In this document: positions 10,550 through 20,547 of the stretch, piece by piece
Position numbering within the stretch: the first letter of the stretch is position 1
Layout of the letters: every line of letters starts with the position of its first letter
Assembly (NCBI GenBank): GCA_913046035.1
Contig: CAJWSW010000007.1
Span: 5,116 to 69,115, forward strand
Reading direction: 5' to 3'
DNA from: an uncultured Alphaproteobacteria bacterium
GTDB taxonomy: Bacteria > Pseudomonadota > Alphaproteobacteria > MPNO01 > UBA830
Length of the DNA stretch: 64,000 nt
Translations under genes and position numbers: made by a program
Notes under the pieces: model-generated
Seen by the model: the letters and a program-made list of their open reading frames with translations, nothing else
Told to the model about the DNA's origin: nothing
Database searches by the model: none

Positions 10550-10883
10550 TTCTAGTCCTTTCGAATGTTTTGCCCCTAACGCCGCATTGAAAATTACGGT
10601 TCTTGTTCTAATCTCCCCATTTTAAGGAAGGTATACCTTATTATGGTAAGCATATTGCGGCGAAGCGCAACGGGTGATCCCAAATTCTATCAAATTTTGT
10701 AATAGCCCAATTTCCGGCCACCACGAACCCATTACAATATTTTACTAAATGACCAACCTAGGAAAGGATCGCTGGAAGTAAGCGTATAAACCGAGCAAAA
10801 CGCGCCTTAATCCCGGTATTTTTGACATCGATAGTTAACTACCCATTGGTGACTTGCCGAGATGCAAATTTCATAAAACGAAA

Positions 10884-11810
10884 CTAGTCCCGCGTTTGGA
10901 AAACGTTCAGCGGAACCTTTATATACGAAGTCCCATTTTCTTCCACCGGAGGAAAATGGCCTGCACGCATGTTAACTTGAACAGCGGGGATAATTAGGCG
11001 TGGCAGGGAAAGAGTTGCGTCACGATCGCTGCGCATCTGAACGTAATCGTCCTCTTTCACACCGCCGCTGATATGGATATTCGATCGACGCTGCTCACCC
11101 ACAGTCGTTTCCCATGCAAAATCACGAACGCCACCGGCGCCGTAGTCATGGCAGACGAAGAGACGCATCTCGTCGGGTAGAGAAAATATCTTTTGGAGAG
11201 AACCAAAAAGTTGTTTGGCATCGCCACCCGGGAAATCGCAACGGGCCGTGCCGGAGTCCGGCATGAACATGGTGTCTCCAATGAAGCAGGCGTTGCCAAT
11301 TATGTACGTAACACAGGAAGGAGTATGCCCAGGGGTTGCGATTACGCGCGCGTCGATATCTCCGACTTTGAACTTTTCTCCGTCATCAAACAACTTATCG
11401 TATGGAGACGCCTCTGTATCAATTATGTCTAAAGCATTAAAGACTTCTCCAAATGTTGCCCGGACTTCCCGAATACCGCTTCCGACACCCGTCTTGCTTC
11501 CCAGTCGCATCTTAAGCCAATTTGATGCTGTCAAATGATCAGCGTGGACATGCGTTTCGAGAATCCAATCGACACTAAGATTTTTTGCCGCGACATGGTC
11601 AAGTATTCTCTCAGCGCTCTCGCTCGACGTGCATGCTGAAATTGGGTCGAAATCCAGCACAGGATCGATAATAGCCGCTCGCCTAGTTTCAGGATCCGCA
11701 GCGACATAGGAAGCGCTGTTGGTTTTTTCATCAAAAAAACACACTATGTCAGCGTTCATGTTGTTCTGCCTGTACTGATCAAAAACGGATTGCTGGGACA
11801 AAATTATCAA
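10884..11810 (-). CDS. MBL-fold metallo-hydrolase (HxHxDH; glyoxalase II / persulfide dioxygenase-like)
   Basis: HVHADH motif plus downstream His/Asp ligands. Divergent from the molybdoenzyme operon. The true start may be the internal Met at about 11759. Confidence 0.7.
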   Translation of the reverse strand: MIILSQQSVFDQYRQNNMNADIVCFFDEKTNSASYVAADPETRRAAIIDPVLDFDPISACTSSESAERILDHVAAKNLSVDWILETHVHADHLTASNWLKMRLGSKTGVGSGIREVRATFGEVFNALDIIDTEASPYDKLFDDGEKFKVGDIDARVIATPGHTPSCVTYIIGNACFIGDTMFMPDSGTARCDFPGGDAKQLFGSLQKIFSLPDEMRLFVCHDYGAGGVRDFAWETTVGEQRRSNIHISGGVKEDDYVQMRSDRDATLSLPRLIIPAVQVNMRAGHFPPVEENGTSYIKVPLNVFQTRD

Positions 11811-12057
11811 GAATCGAATACAAATCGAGATGTTTTTGGCGCATTTGTAAGACAGCCTTTTCAGATGATGGACTGCAAAAGAGTGATATTTCGCATGTCT
11901 TCAACTATTAACGCAGCCCAAGAGTTAGACTACATGTGAAAGATAGTCACACCTAGGTGTTTTCCGCATGGCGAGGTTTGACCGAATGAAGGTTCTGCCG
12001 TAATCCTAAATTTCCCCGCGGGTCATTCCCGTTACAATCGATGGAAATGCAAACGCC

Positions 12058-14979
12058 ATGCCCGGCGACTTTCTCAACCCTGAAGAACAAATCAACCTTT
12101 CACCCCAAATCGGCGACGAAACGAAAACTTCGACGTGCTATATGTGTGCCTGTCGCTGTGGCATCAAAGTGCATCTTCGCGATGGCCAAATTCGCTACAT
12201 CGAAGGTAATAAAGACCACCCAGTCAACAAAGGCGTATTATGTGGCAAGGGTTCAGCCGGGATTATGCAGCACTACTCGCCAGCTCGGCTTACCAAACCG
12301 CTTCGCCGCGTGGGTGAGCGCGGTGCGGGTCACTTTGAAGAAATAGAATGGGATGATGCGCTTCAAATAGTGAGTGCGAGGCTTGCTAAGATCCGAGCGC
12401 GAGACCCAAAGAAACTTGCTTTCTTCACTGGCCGCGACCAAAGCCAGGCTTTGACCGGCTGGTGGGCGAGCCAATTCGGTACACCGAACCACGCTGCCCA
12501 CGGAGGGTTCTGCTCCGTAAATATGGCGGCCGCCGGCTTGTACACTATCGGCGGGTCTTTTTGGGAATTTGGAGAGCCTGACTGGGAGTCGACCGAATAT
12601 TTTATGATGTTTGGTGTCGCGGAGGACCATGATTCCAATCCTATCAAGATGGGCCTTTCGACACTTAAAAAACGTGGCGCTAAATTCGTATCTGTTAACC
12701 CGGTTAAAACCGGATACTCGGCCATAGCTGACGAGTGGATTGGGATTAAGCCTGGAGGTGATGGTGCATTCGTTTTGGCGCTTATTCACGAATTATTGCG
12801 CGCCGATAAAATCGACCTCGACTACTTAGTTCGATATACCAACGCTCCTTGGTTAGTTATCAAAGATCCGGGCGCAGCTGATGACGGGCTGTTTGCCCGC
12901 GGCCCTGACGGCGAAGAATTATGTTGGGATGCCAATACCGATCAGATCGCTGATGCACGACTCGCGGGCGTAGCACCGAAAATTGTAGGCGAAGTGAGAC
13001 TGGATGACGGGCGGACGGCGGTGCCTGCGTTCCAGATAATGGCAGAACGCTACATGGATGACACCTACAGTCCAGAGGCCGCCGCACTGCGGTCGGGCGT
13101 GCCAGCTCACCATATTCGACGCATCGCGGCGGAACTAGCGGAGGCTGCCTTTGACAAAGAGATTATATTAGACGTCGAGTGGACCGATTGGGCCGGTCGC
13201 AAACATGATAAGATGATCGGTCGCCCCGTCTCCATGCATGCAATGCGCGGCATCTCGGCTCACTCAAACGGCTTTCATACTTGCCGTGCAATCCACGTGC
13301 TGCAAATGCTGTTAGGCACGATCGACGTCCCCGGCGGTTTCCGATACAAACCACCATTTCCACGGCCCTGCCCACCACCACAGAAGCCCGCTGGAAAACC
13401 TGATGAGGTAAAACCGGACACAATTTTGCCCGGTCCGCCATTAGGGTTTCCAACAAGCCCCGCGGATCTCCTAATTGATGAGAAAGGTGCAGCGCAACGT
13501 ATCGACAAAGCCTATTCCTGGGAGGCGCCGGTGTCAGCCCACGGGCTGATGCATATGGTTATAACAAACGCTTGGAAAGGCGATCCATACCCTATTGATA
13601 CTCTGTTTATGTTTATGGCGAATATGTCCTGGAACTCATCTATGAATACGTCTGGGGTCATGGAAATGCTTACAGACCGCGATGGGGAAACCGGCGAATA
13701 CAAAATTCCCTTTATTGTATACTCCGACGCCTTTTGGTCTGAGACTGTGCCATATGCTGACATAGTTCTCCCTGACACAACTTATCTAGAACGGTGGGAC
13801 TGCATATCGCTACTTGACCGCCCGATCTGTTCTGCCGATGGGCCCGCCGACGCAATTCGACAGCCGGTAGTTGAGCCTGATCGCGACGTTCGACCTTTCC
13901 AATCAGTGCTGTTGGATCTGGGGGCACGGCTGGGCCTTCCTGGAATGACGAATGAAGACGGGTCACCGAAGTATCCAGGCGGTTATCCTGACTACCTCGT
14001 CAATCACGAACGCGCGCCGGGTATAGGGCCATTGGCGGGTTGGCGTGGCGAGGATGGCGGCAGCGAAGGGACTGGCGCGATTAACCCCAAGCAACTAGAT
14101 CGCTATATTGAAAATGGCTGTTTTTGGAGCCATGATTTTCCGGAAAACCAACGGTATTATAAACACGCAAACCGGGATTATCTTGAGTATGCAGCTGAAT
14201 CGGGTTGGATCGGATCGTCGGATCAGATAGTGATGCAGCTTTATTCGGAGCCGATGCAAAAATTCCGTCTCGCAGCGCAAGGCCATGGCGATATCAATCC
14301 GCCAGAACAGCACCGGATGCGGGTAAATGGATATTTCGATCCGCTGCCAACCTGGTACCGTCCATTAGAGTCACACGATGGGATTGAAGACGAATACCCC
14401 TTCTATGCACTTACCCAACGGCCGATGGCGATGTACCACTCTTGGGGTTCGCAAAATGCTTGGCTGCGTCAAATTCATACGAGCAATCGACTGTATATGA
14501 ACCGAACCAAAGCTGAATTGGAGGGCCTCAAAGACGACGACTGGGTTTGGGTGATTAGCCATCATAGTCGGATCAAAGTGCAAATTCGGCTTATGGAGGG
14601 CACACAACAGGATACTGTCTGGACATGGAATGCGATTGGCAAGCGCTCAGGTGCCTGGAACCTAGATACAGATGCGCCTGAAGCCAAGAAAGGGTTTCTG
14701 CTAAACCACGTGATATCCGAATTACTTCCTCCAAAGGAGAATGGATACAGGTATTCCAACTCCGACCCAGTAACGGGACAAGCCGCTTGGTATGATTTGC
14801 GTGTCCGCATCGAAAAAGCCGATCCTGAGGAAGCAGCTGATGCTACCACATACCCTCAGTTTAAGGCTCAACCAACAAGAGGGGGGCACAGTTTACGCGA
14901 CAATATCCTTCGTTATGGCGGACTTTTTAAGCCCGTGAGTTCCAAAGCCGACAACCAGGACAATGGAACCGGCGCATGA
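12058..14979 (+). CDS. Molybdopterin oxidoreductase catalytic subunit, no Tat signal (SoeA-like sulfite dehydrogenase large subunit candidate)
   Basis: 973 aa. N-terminal CYMCACRCG...C [4Fe-4S] motif of the MopB/DMSO-reductase superfamily. No twin-arginine leader, and an in-frame stop lies 17 codons upstream of the ATG. ATGA-coupled to the FeS subunit. Confidence 0.8.
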   Translation: MPGDFLNPEEQINLSPQIGDETKTSTCYMCACRCGIKVHLRDGQIRYIEGNKDHPVNKGVLCGKGSAGIMQHYSPARLTKPLRRVGERGAGHFEEIEWDDALQIVSARLAKIRARDPKKLAFFTGRDQSQALTGWWASQFGTPNHAAHGGFCSVNMAAAGLYTIGGSFWEFGEPDWESTEYFMMFGVAEDHDSNPIKMGLSTLKKRGAKFVSVNPVKTGYSAIADEWIGIKPGGDGAFVLALIHELLRADKIDLDYLVRYTNAPWLVIKDPGAADDGLFARGPDGEELCWDANTDQIADARLAGVAPKIVGEVRLDDGRTAVPAFQIMAERYMDDTYSPEAAALRSGVPAHHIRRIAAELAEAAFDKEIILDVEWTDWAGRKHDKMIGRPVSMHAMRGISAHSNGFHTCRAIHVLQMLLGTIDVPGGFRYKPPFPRPCPPPQKPAGKPDEVKPDTILPGPPLGFPTSPADLLIDEKGAAQRIDKAYSWEAPVSAHGLMHMVITNAWKGDPYPIDTLFMFMANMSWNSSMNTSGVMEMLTDRDGETGEYKIPFIVYSDAFWSETVPYADIVLPDTTYLERWDCISLLDRPICSADGPADAIRQPVVEPDRDVRPFQSVLLDLGARLGLPGMTNEDGSPKYPGGYPDYLVNHERAPGIGPLAGWRGEDGGSEGTGAINPKQLDRYIENGCFWSHDFPENQRYYKHANRDYLEYAAESGWIGSSDQIVMQLYSEPMQKFRLAAQGHGDINPPEQHRMRVNGYFDPLPTWYRPLESHDGIEDEYPFYALTQRPMAMYHSWGSQNAWLRQIHTSNRLYMNRTKAELEGLKDDDWVWVISHHSRIKVQIRLMEGTQQDTVWTWNAIGKRSGAWNLDTDAPEAKKGFLLNHVISELLPPKENGYRYSNSDPVTGQAAWYDLRVRIEKADPEEAADATTYPQFKAQPTRGGHSLRDNILRYGGLFKPVSSKADNQDNGTGA

Positions 14980-15737
14980 CCCTCTTACCCCCGCGAGCCA
15001 AACCAGGCGATAGAAAGCTTGGACTAGTTATCGATCTCGATACCTGTGTCGGATGTCATGCCTGTGCGGTAAATTGCAAGGAATGGAATACCGGAGGGCA
15101 TTCCGCGCCACTACCGGATCATGATCCTTACGGTACTGACCCAAATGGTGTCTGGTTCAACCGTGTTCACACGTTCGAGGCGGGCAAGGGAACCGATAGC
15201 CGAACAGTACATTTTCCTCGATCGTGTCTACATTGCGAAGATGCAGCCTGCGTTTCCGTGTGCCCCACCGGTGCTTCCTATAAGCGGGATGAAGACGGGA
15301 TTGTTTTAGTAAACGAAGACGCCTGCATAGGCTGCAAACTCTGCTCGTGGGCCTGCCCCTACGGCGCACGCGAATATGATTCAGATTCAGGTGTCATGAA
15401 AAAATGCACACTTTGCATTGACCGGATATATAACGAAAACCTTGAGGAGGAAGACCGCGTCCCTGCATGTGTGTCCACCTGCCCGGCGAGCGCGCGTCAT
15501 TTCGGCGATCTGAATGATCCGGAGTCCGACGTGTCTCAACTGGTCAAGGAACGTGGTGGACAAGAATTAATGCCAGAGTTGGGCTACAAACCCGTAAACC
15601 GCTACCTACCTCCACGGGCGAGAAAGAGAGAGCAAAGCCCATCCGGGGTTGGAGCAAAGCTAGAGCCGCTAGTCGATCTGGCTCCAAACCGAGACAACAA
15701 GTTTCTCCGCTGGGTTGACCGGGTGCTGTCTCGATGA
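14976..15737 (+). CDS. 4Fe-4S ferredoxin-type iron-sulfur subunit (SoeB/PsrB/DmsB-like)
   Basis: 253 aa with four Cys clusters (CVGCHACAVNC, CLHCEDAACVSVCP, CIGCKLCSWACP, CTLC...CPASA). Confidence 0.85.
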   Translation: MTLLPPRAKPGDRKLGLVIDLDTCVGCHACAVNCKEWNTGGHSAPLPDHDPYGTDPNGVWFNRVHTFEAGKGTDSRTVHFPRSCLHCEDAACVSVCPTGASYKRDEDGIVLVNEDACIGCKLCSWACPYGAREYDSDSGVMKKCTLCIDRIYNENLEEEDRVPACVSTCPASARHFGDLNDPESDVSQLVKERGGQELMPELGYKPVNRYLPPRARKREQSPSGVGAKLEPLVDLAPNRDNKFLRWVDRVLSR

Positions 15738-15803
15738 ACCCTTGTTTTGTAGTAAAATGCATAGAAACGTATTTATGCCCTTCAAAAAACGAACTTCGTT
15801 AAA

Positions 15804-16751
15804 ATGAATCCCGCCTACTCTGTAATATTTTTCACCACCGCGTCCGGAGCAGGCTACGGATTGATTTTTCTGCTAGCCCTTTTTGGCGCGCTAAATGGCG
15901 TGCCCATTGATCCATGGTTTGGCGCTATCGGGTTAGGTCTTGGTACGGCATTGGTGACTGGGGGGTTGCTCTCGTCAACCATGCATCTTGGCCATCCTGA
16001 AAGGGCATGGCGTGCCTACAGTCAGTGGAAGTCTTCGTGGCTCTCACGCGAAGGTGTTTTGGCGACTACCACCTATGTGCCGCTTATCCTGACTGCCTGG
16101 GGCTGGGTAATAATGGGCGCGATAGATGGTAACTTCGCGTTCATCGCAGCCTTGCTCGCGTTGATGTGTGTGTTGACTGTTCATTCCACCGGTATGATCT
16201 ACGCAACATTAAGAACGATCAGCGCATGGCATAATCGTTTGACCGTGCCTGGATATCTTGCCTTTGCTCTACTCTCGGGGTCAGCCTGGTTTCACGCACT
16301 AGCCCAAATATTCGGATACCAGACGCCAGAGATTGCGCTGGTTGTTATTGTAGCGCTGTTTCTTTGTTTTTATATAAAGCGAAAATATTGGCGCAGCATC
16401 GACATGTATCCAGGTCCTTCAACTCCTGAAAGCGCAACTGGATTGCACGATCTCGGCAAGGTGCGACTGCTTGATCCGCCGACCATGACTGAAAATTTTG
16501 TCCAGCGCGAAATGGGATATACAATTGCCCGCAAGCACGGGCAAAAGCTGCGCCGCCTCTGTTTTATAAGTTATTTTCTTATTCCAATAGTCCTGACCGG
16601 GCTCACTAGTAGCGCGGATCCGTGGCTTGCTATTCCCGGCACTCTAATAGCTGCGATCTCGGTATCTGTGGGAGTGGTAATTGAGCGCTGGCTTTTTTTT
16701 GCCGAAGCAAAGCATGTGTCGATGTTATACTACGGCGCTGATGGCGCATAG
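15804..16751 (+). CDS. NrfD/PsrC-family membrane anchor subunit (SoeC-like)
   Basis: 315 aa, about 8 predicted TM helices, third gene of the molybdoenzyme operon. Confidence 0.75.
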   Translation: MNPAYSVIFFTTASGAGYGLIFLLALFGALNGVPIDPWFGAIGLGLGTALVTGGLLSSTMHLGHPERAWRAYSQWKSSWLSREGVLATTTYVPLILTAWGWVIMGAIDGNFAFIAALLALMCVLTVHSTGMIYATLRTISAWHNRLTVPGYLAFALLSGSAWFHALAQIFGYQTPEIALVVIVALFLCFYIKRKYWRSIDMYPGPSTPESATGLHDLGKVRLLDPPTMTENFVQREMGYTIARKHGQKLRRLCFISYFLIPIVLTGLTSSADPWLAIPGTLIAAISVSVGVVIERWLFFAEAKHVSMLYYGADGA

Positions 16752-16909
16752 CGCGCTGTCGGATTTGCAAGGCTTCTAAATTTTATAAAACCTCGGTTTG
16801 CTTTTTATTTACGCGCACGCATAGGTTTCCTTTGGACGTCATCGAAGAGTATTATATAAAAATAACAAAGTGTTTTATTTAAATTTTTTAGAAACTGGCA
16901 TGATGAGCT

Positions 16910-17695
16910 ATGGCGACGCATACCTCTGAGAAGAAAACTATCGCTGGGTGCGAAATAGAGTTGCTTAAGGGCGGCAACGGGCCGCCATTAGTCTTCTTAC
17001 ATGGTGCCGGCGGCGCACATAATTGGATGCCATATATGGAGCGGCTCTCCGAACATTTTGCCCTAACGGTTCCCAGCCACCCCGGATGGGGTCGCTCCGA
17101 TACACCGGATTGGCTGGACGGTATGGGTGACCTGGCCTACTTCTATCTCGAGTTTCTAAAAGAAATGGATTTGGGAAAGACCCACCTGGTAGGAAACTCG
17201 TTGGGAGGCTGGCTCGCACTGGAAATTGCTGTTCGCTCGACCGCGCAGATTGAAACACTGACGCTCGTTTCCGCGGCTGGAATACACGTTGACGGAGTTC
17301 CAAAAGGCGACATCTTCCTATGGGACGATAATGAACGGGTTTACAATACGTTTTACGATCCCAAGTTCGCCGAGGCTCGTCTCGCTAAGCAGCCATCAGA
17401 AGAGGATGCCAATATCTCGTTAAAAAACCATTTCTCAACAGCAAAAATGGCATGGCACCCCCGGTTTTATAATCCAGAACTGCAAAAATGGCTGCATCGG
17501 ATCGATATACCAACCTTAATCCTATGGGGGGATTCAGACAAAATATTCCCCCCAGCCTATGGAAGGGCTATGCAAAAACTTATCCCTGGTTCAAAATTAA
17601 CAATATTACCCGAATGCGGGCACTTGCCGCAGCAAGAAAAACTAGAAGACTTTATCTCGGGCGTTACCGCCCACACGAACGGAGCCGCATCATGA
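16910..17695 (+). CDS. Alpha/beta-fold hydrolase
   Basis: 261 aa with HGAGG oxyanion region, GNSLGG nucleophile elbow and a C-terminal GH catalytic His. Confidence 0.8.
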   Translation: MATHTSEKKTIAGCEIELLKGGNGPPLVFLHGAGGAHNWMPYMERLSEHFALTVPSHPGWGRSDTPDWLDGMGDLAYFYLEFLKEMDLGKTHLVGNSLGGWLALEIAVRSTAQIETLTLVSAAGIHVDGVPKGDIFLWDDNERVYNTFYDPKFAEARLAKQPSEEDANISLKNHFSTAKMAWHPRFYNPELQKWLHRIDIPTLILWGDSDKIFPPAYGRAMQKLIPGSKLTILPECGHLPQQEKLEDFISGVTAHTNGAAS

Positions 17696-18864
17696 AGTTC
17701 TATTTCTTTCACCTCATGCCGTACCAAGACATTGATCCGGACTATTTAAAAACCAATAAATCTTCATGGATTAATTTGCCAAATTCCTATTACGACCCGA
17801 AAAAGGGAGCGAAACTATATCACCGGTATTTGGACGAATTGGAACTAGCAGACACGCTCGGTTTCGATGGCGTTTGCGTAAACGAACATCATCAGACCGC
17901 CTATGGTATGATGCCCTCACCTAATGTGTTGGCTGGTGCGCTCTCACGACGACTGAAGAAGGCAACGGTGGGTGTGATCGGCCGGGCTCTTCCCATCGTC
18001 GATAACCCACTTACCATCGCAGAAGAATTCGCGATGATTGATAACTTAATGGAAGGCCGATTTATCGCTGGCTTTGTTCGCGGTATCGGATGCGAATACC
18101 ATGCATCAATGACAAACCCAGGCTTCAGTCTTGAGCGGTTTCGTGAAGCACACGACTTAATCGTCCGTGCGTGGACCGACCCCGGACCATTCGAATTTTA
18201 CGGCAAGCACTATCATTACCAATATGTGAACCCGTGGCCTCGTCCTTATCAGAGCCCGCGCCCACCAATTTGGATCCCATCGCAAGGATCAACGGAAACT
18301 GTTGAATTTGCGGCGCACCCGGATCGGCGATACACCTATATCATCACTTTTAGCCCGGTAGCATCAGTGCGCAAGAACATGAAAGCCTACCGCGACCAAT
18401 GCCAAGTGTATGGTTACGAATGCCCAGCAGAACAAATGGGTTGGGCAATGCCCGCCTACATTGCCGAGACTGATGCAATTGCGCGCAAAGAGGCGGCTCC
18501 GCATATAGAGAGCCTTTTCAACAAGTTCATATCCTCGCCGTCTCAGTACAAACTACCGCCAGGTTATTCGTCGTTGGCCAGTTATAAGGCGGTCATGGAG
18601 GGGAAATACAAGGTCCGTGAAAACTATCTAGATTGCGACAGTCTTATCGAGAACGGTATGTTCTTGTGTGGCAGCGCCGAAACCGTAGCCGCCAAGCTTG
18701 AGGAATACCAGAAGGAAATGGGCTTCGGAAACATCGCACCCATGCTGCAATTTGGCACGCTTCCAAAAGAGCTGACAGAGAAAAACCTGCGCCTATTTGC
18801 TGAAGAGGTAATACCCAAGGTCAGACATCTCGGCGTCGATATGGAGACCTTGGCAGCCGAATAA
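17692..18864 (+). CDS. LLM-class flavin-dependent oxidoreductase
   Basis: Starts MKFYFFHLMPYQD... and has luciferase-like motifs. ATGA overlap with the upstream hydrolase. The ORF-track N-terminal extension from 17488 overlaps the hydrolase and is rejected. Confidence 0.75.
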   Translation: MKFYFFHLMPYQDIDPDYLKTNKSSWINLPNSYYDPKKGAKLYHRYLDELELADTLGFDGVCVNEHHQTAYGMMPSPNVLAGALSRRLKKATVGVIGRALPIVDNPLTIAEEFAMIDNLMEGRFIAGFVRGIGCEYHASMTNPGFSLERFREAHDLIVRAWTDPGPFEFYGKHYHYQYVNPWPRPYQSPRPPIWIPSQGSTETVEFAAHPDRRYTYIITFSPVASVRKNMKAYRDQCQVYGYECPAEQMGWAMPAYIAETDAIARKEAAPHIESLFNKFISSPSQYKLPPGYSSLASYKAVMEGKYKVRENYLDCDSLIENGMFLCGSAETVAAKLEEYQKEMGFGNIAPMLQFGTLPKELTEKNLRLFAEEVIPKVRHLGVDMETLAAE

Positions 18865-18905
18865 ACCGCCAGGCCGATTATCTCGGCAAAACGACCAAGT
18901 TGAGA

Positions 18906-18934
18906 TTTTTTAGGGTTTCCGTTTTTCCCTAAAA
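18906..18934. terminator. Candidate bidirectional hairpin between convergent genes
   Basis: TTTTAGGG-(11 nt)-CCCTAAAA inverted repeat flanked by T/A runs, between the LLM (+) and amidase (-) 3' ends. The stem is short and the loop large. Confidence 0.3.
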
Positions 18935-18949
18935 TTCAACTGCGAGAAT

Positions 18950-20344
18950 TTAGGCAATCTCTGGTTGCAGTTCGTGCCAACCAGCGGCCCGTTCATATGC
19001 ATGCGCCACCTGCAACGCTCGGGCTTCATCCCAGCGGCGGGCGACGAATTGGGCGCCGATGGGCATACCGCTCTCTTGAAAGCCACAACGCACAGACACG
19101 GCTGGATGATCTGTGAGGTTAAAGGGTACATTAATCATTGGTGCCGCCAAAAATGGAAATGTTTCATCTGAGTCCATTGGAGCGGCGGGCACCAACATAG
19201 CAGGCGCGACTAACACATCACATTTCTGAAAAACATTATCTACTATAACCGCCAATTCATTGCGACGGCGCTGCGCCTGCAGATAATCCGACGATCGGAC
19301 GAAGGCACCCAACATCATCCGATTACGTGAAAGTGGCCCGAACTCACTCCATCGGGTCTTGAGTTTTTCCTCGTGAATAGCATAAGCCTCTGCCGGCAAC
19401 ATTAGGCGTCCAACTGCATGGAAATCCATCAACTCCGGAAGATCAGCAGTAACCACCTGTGCGCCTAAATCCTCCAAAACCACCACGATTGCGTCGAAAG
19501 CAGCCCGGATGTCATCAGGCGTATCATAGTCGTCGTAATAGAAACGTTTCGCGATGCCGACAGTCAGCCCTTCCAGCCGGCCAGTCAAACCTCCAACATA
19601 GTCTGGGACCAACTCATCAGCAGAAAGCTGATCACACGGCTCGTATCCCGCCATGGTCTGCAGCATCAGAGCGCAATCCTCTGCGGTTCGCGCCAACGGG
19701 CCGACGGTATCAAGCGAAAAGGTTAAAGGCACTACCCCTGACGTTGGCACACGCCCGATGGTAGGCTTGATACCCGCAGTGCCGCAGAGCGCCGCGGGTG
19801 TTCGGATAGACCCACCCGCATCGGATCCAACAGCGCCAAGGCAGAACCCCGCCGCGACCGACGCTCCACAACCGGACGAAGAGCCACCAGTTGATTTACT
19901 CGGGTCCCACGGGTTGCATGCTGGTGGAAAAAGAGCATCGTAGGTGGGCCGCCCGCCAAACGCGAATTCGTAAGTATCGACAATACCAAGAATTATCGCA
20001 CCTGCGCCCCGCAATCGCGCAATGACCGTCGCGTCTTCAGCTGCGATATTTCCCTCCAACACCCGAGAATTAGCAGTGCAAGCTTGACCGCTTACCTGCA
20101 CAACATCCTTCACGGCAAGGGGAATACCGTCTAGAACACCACGTGTATTTCCCGCCGCTCGGCGCACATCGGAGGCGGCCGCCGATGACAATGACTCGTC
20201 ACGCAGGACCTTATGAAAAGCATGTATCTCACCATCAAACGCGTCAATCCGACTAAGGCATTGTTGGGTCAGATCAACGGCCGTTAGATCACCTGCAGCC
20301 AAAAGACGGGAAGCATCCGCAATTGTTGGTGGGAAAGACGACAC
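18950..20344 (-). CDS. Amidase-signature family amidase (GatA/AtzE-like)
   Basis: 464 aa with GGSSSGCGASVAAG amidase-signature Ser-cis-Ser-Lys region. Confidence 0.85.
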   Translation of the reverse strand: MSSFPPTIADASRLLAAGDLTAVDLTQQCLSRIDAFDGEIHAFHKVLRDESLSSAAASDVRRAAGNTRGVLDGIPLAVKDVVQVSGQACTANSRVLEGNIAAEDATVIARLRGAGAIILGIVDTYEFAFGGRPTYDALFPPACNPWDPSKSTGGSSSGCGASVAAGFCLGAVGSDAGGSIRTPAALCGTAGIKPTIGRVPTSGVVPLTFSLDTVGPLARTAEDCALMLQTMAGYEPCDQLSADELVPDYVGGLTGRLEGLTVGIAKRFYYDDYDTPDDIRAAFDAIVVVLEDLGAQVVTADLPELMDFHAVGRLMLPAEAYAIHEEKLKTRWSEFGPLSRNRMMLGAFVRSSDYLQAQRRRNELAVIVDNVFQKCDVLVAPAMLVPAAPMDSDETFPFLAAPMINVPFNLTDHPAVSVRCGFQESGMPIGAQFVARRWDEARALQVAHAYERAAGWHELQPEIA

Positions 20345-20547
20345 TATTTCTTTGGCTTTCGTTGATGTGGGGTCGGGGCAAATGAAGGCATTGGCTTAGC
20401 CGTCCAGTCCCGTTCGGGATTGCGAACTCGATCAGCTAAATTGCAAAGGGTTTCATACGCTCTACGCAATTCAGAACGCTCGGCATCGGAAACTGGCACA
20501 CCCGAAGCAACAAGTAAGCCTTCAAAGTCTTTATCCCGATTGTTCAT
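20344..20547 (-). CDS. Small 67 aa protein, AtzG/DUF4089-like (GatC-like partner of an amidase)
   Basis: 1 nt stop/start overlap with the amidase and 4 nt overlap with arfB. Core ...LLVASGVPVSDAERSELRRAYETL... resembles the AtzG helix-hairpin pattern. Confidence 0.45.
   Translation of the reverse strand: MNNRDKDFEGLLVASGVPVSDAERSELRRAYETLCNLADRVRNPERDWTAKPMPSFAPTPHQRKPKK

Noticed and set aside
12007-12060. Possible upstream extension carrying a Tat (RRxFLK) signal on the molybdoenzyme alpha subunit
   Set aside because: An in-frame TAA at 12007..12009 closes the frame 17 codons upstream of the ATG. There is no twin-arginine motif, so the subunit is taken as cytoplasmic.
12253-12789. 178 aa reverse-strand ORF inside the molybdoenzyme catalytic subunit gene
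   Set aside because: It lies fully antisense to the 973 aa CDS with its conserved FeS motif. It has no family resemblance.
17488-17691. 68-codon N-terminal extension of the LLM gene from the ORF track
   Set aside because: It overlaps the 3' half of the alpha/beta hydrolase in another frame. Homology of the LLM begins at MKFYFFHLMPYQD (17692), which also creates a typical ATGA coupling.
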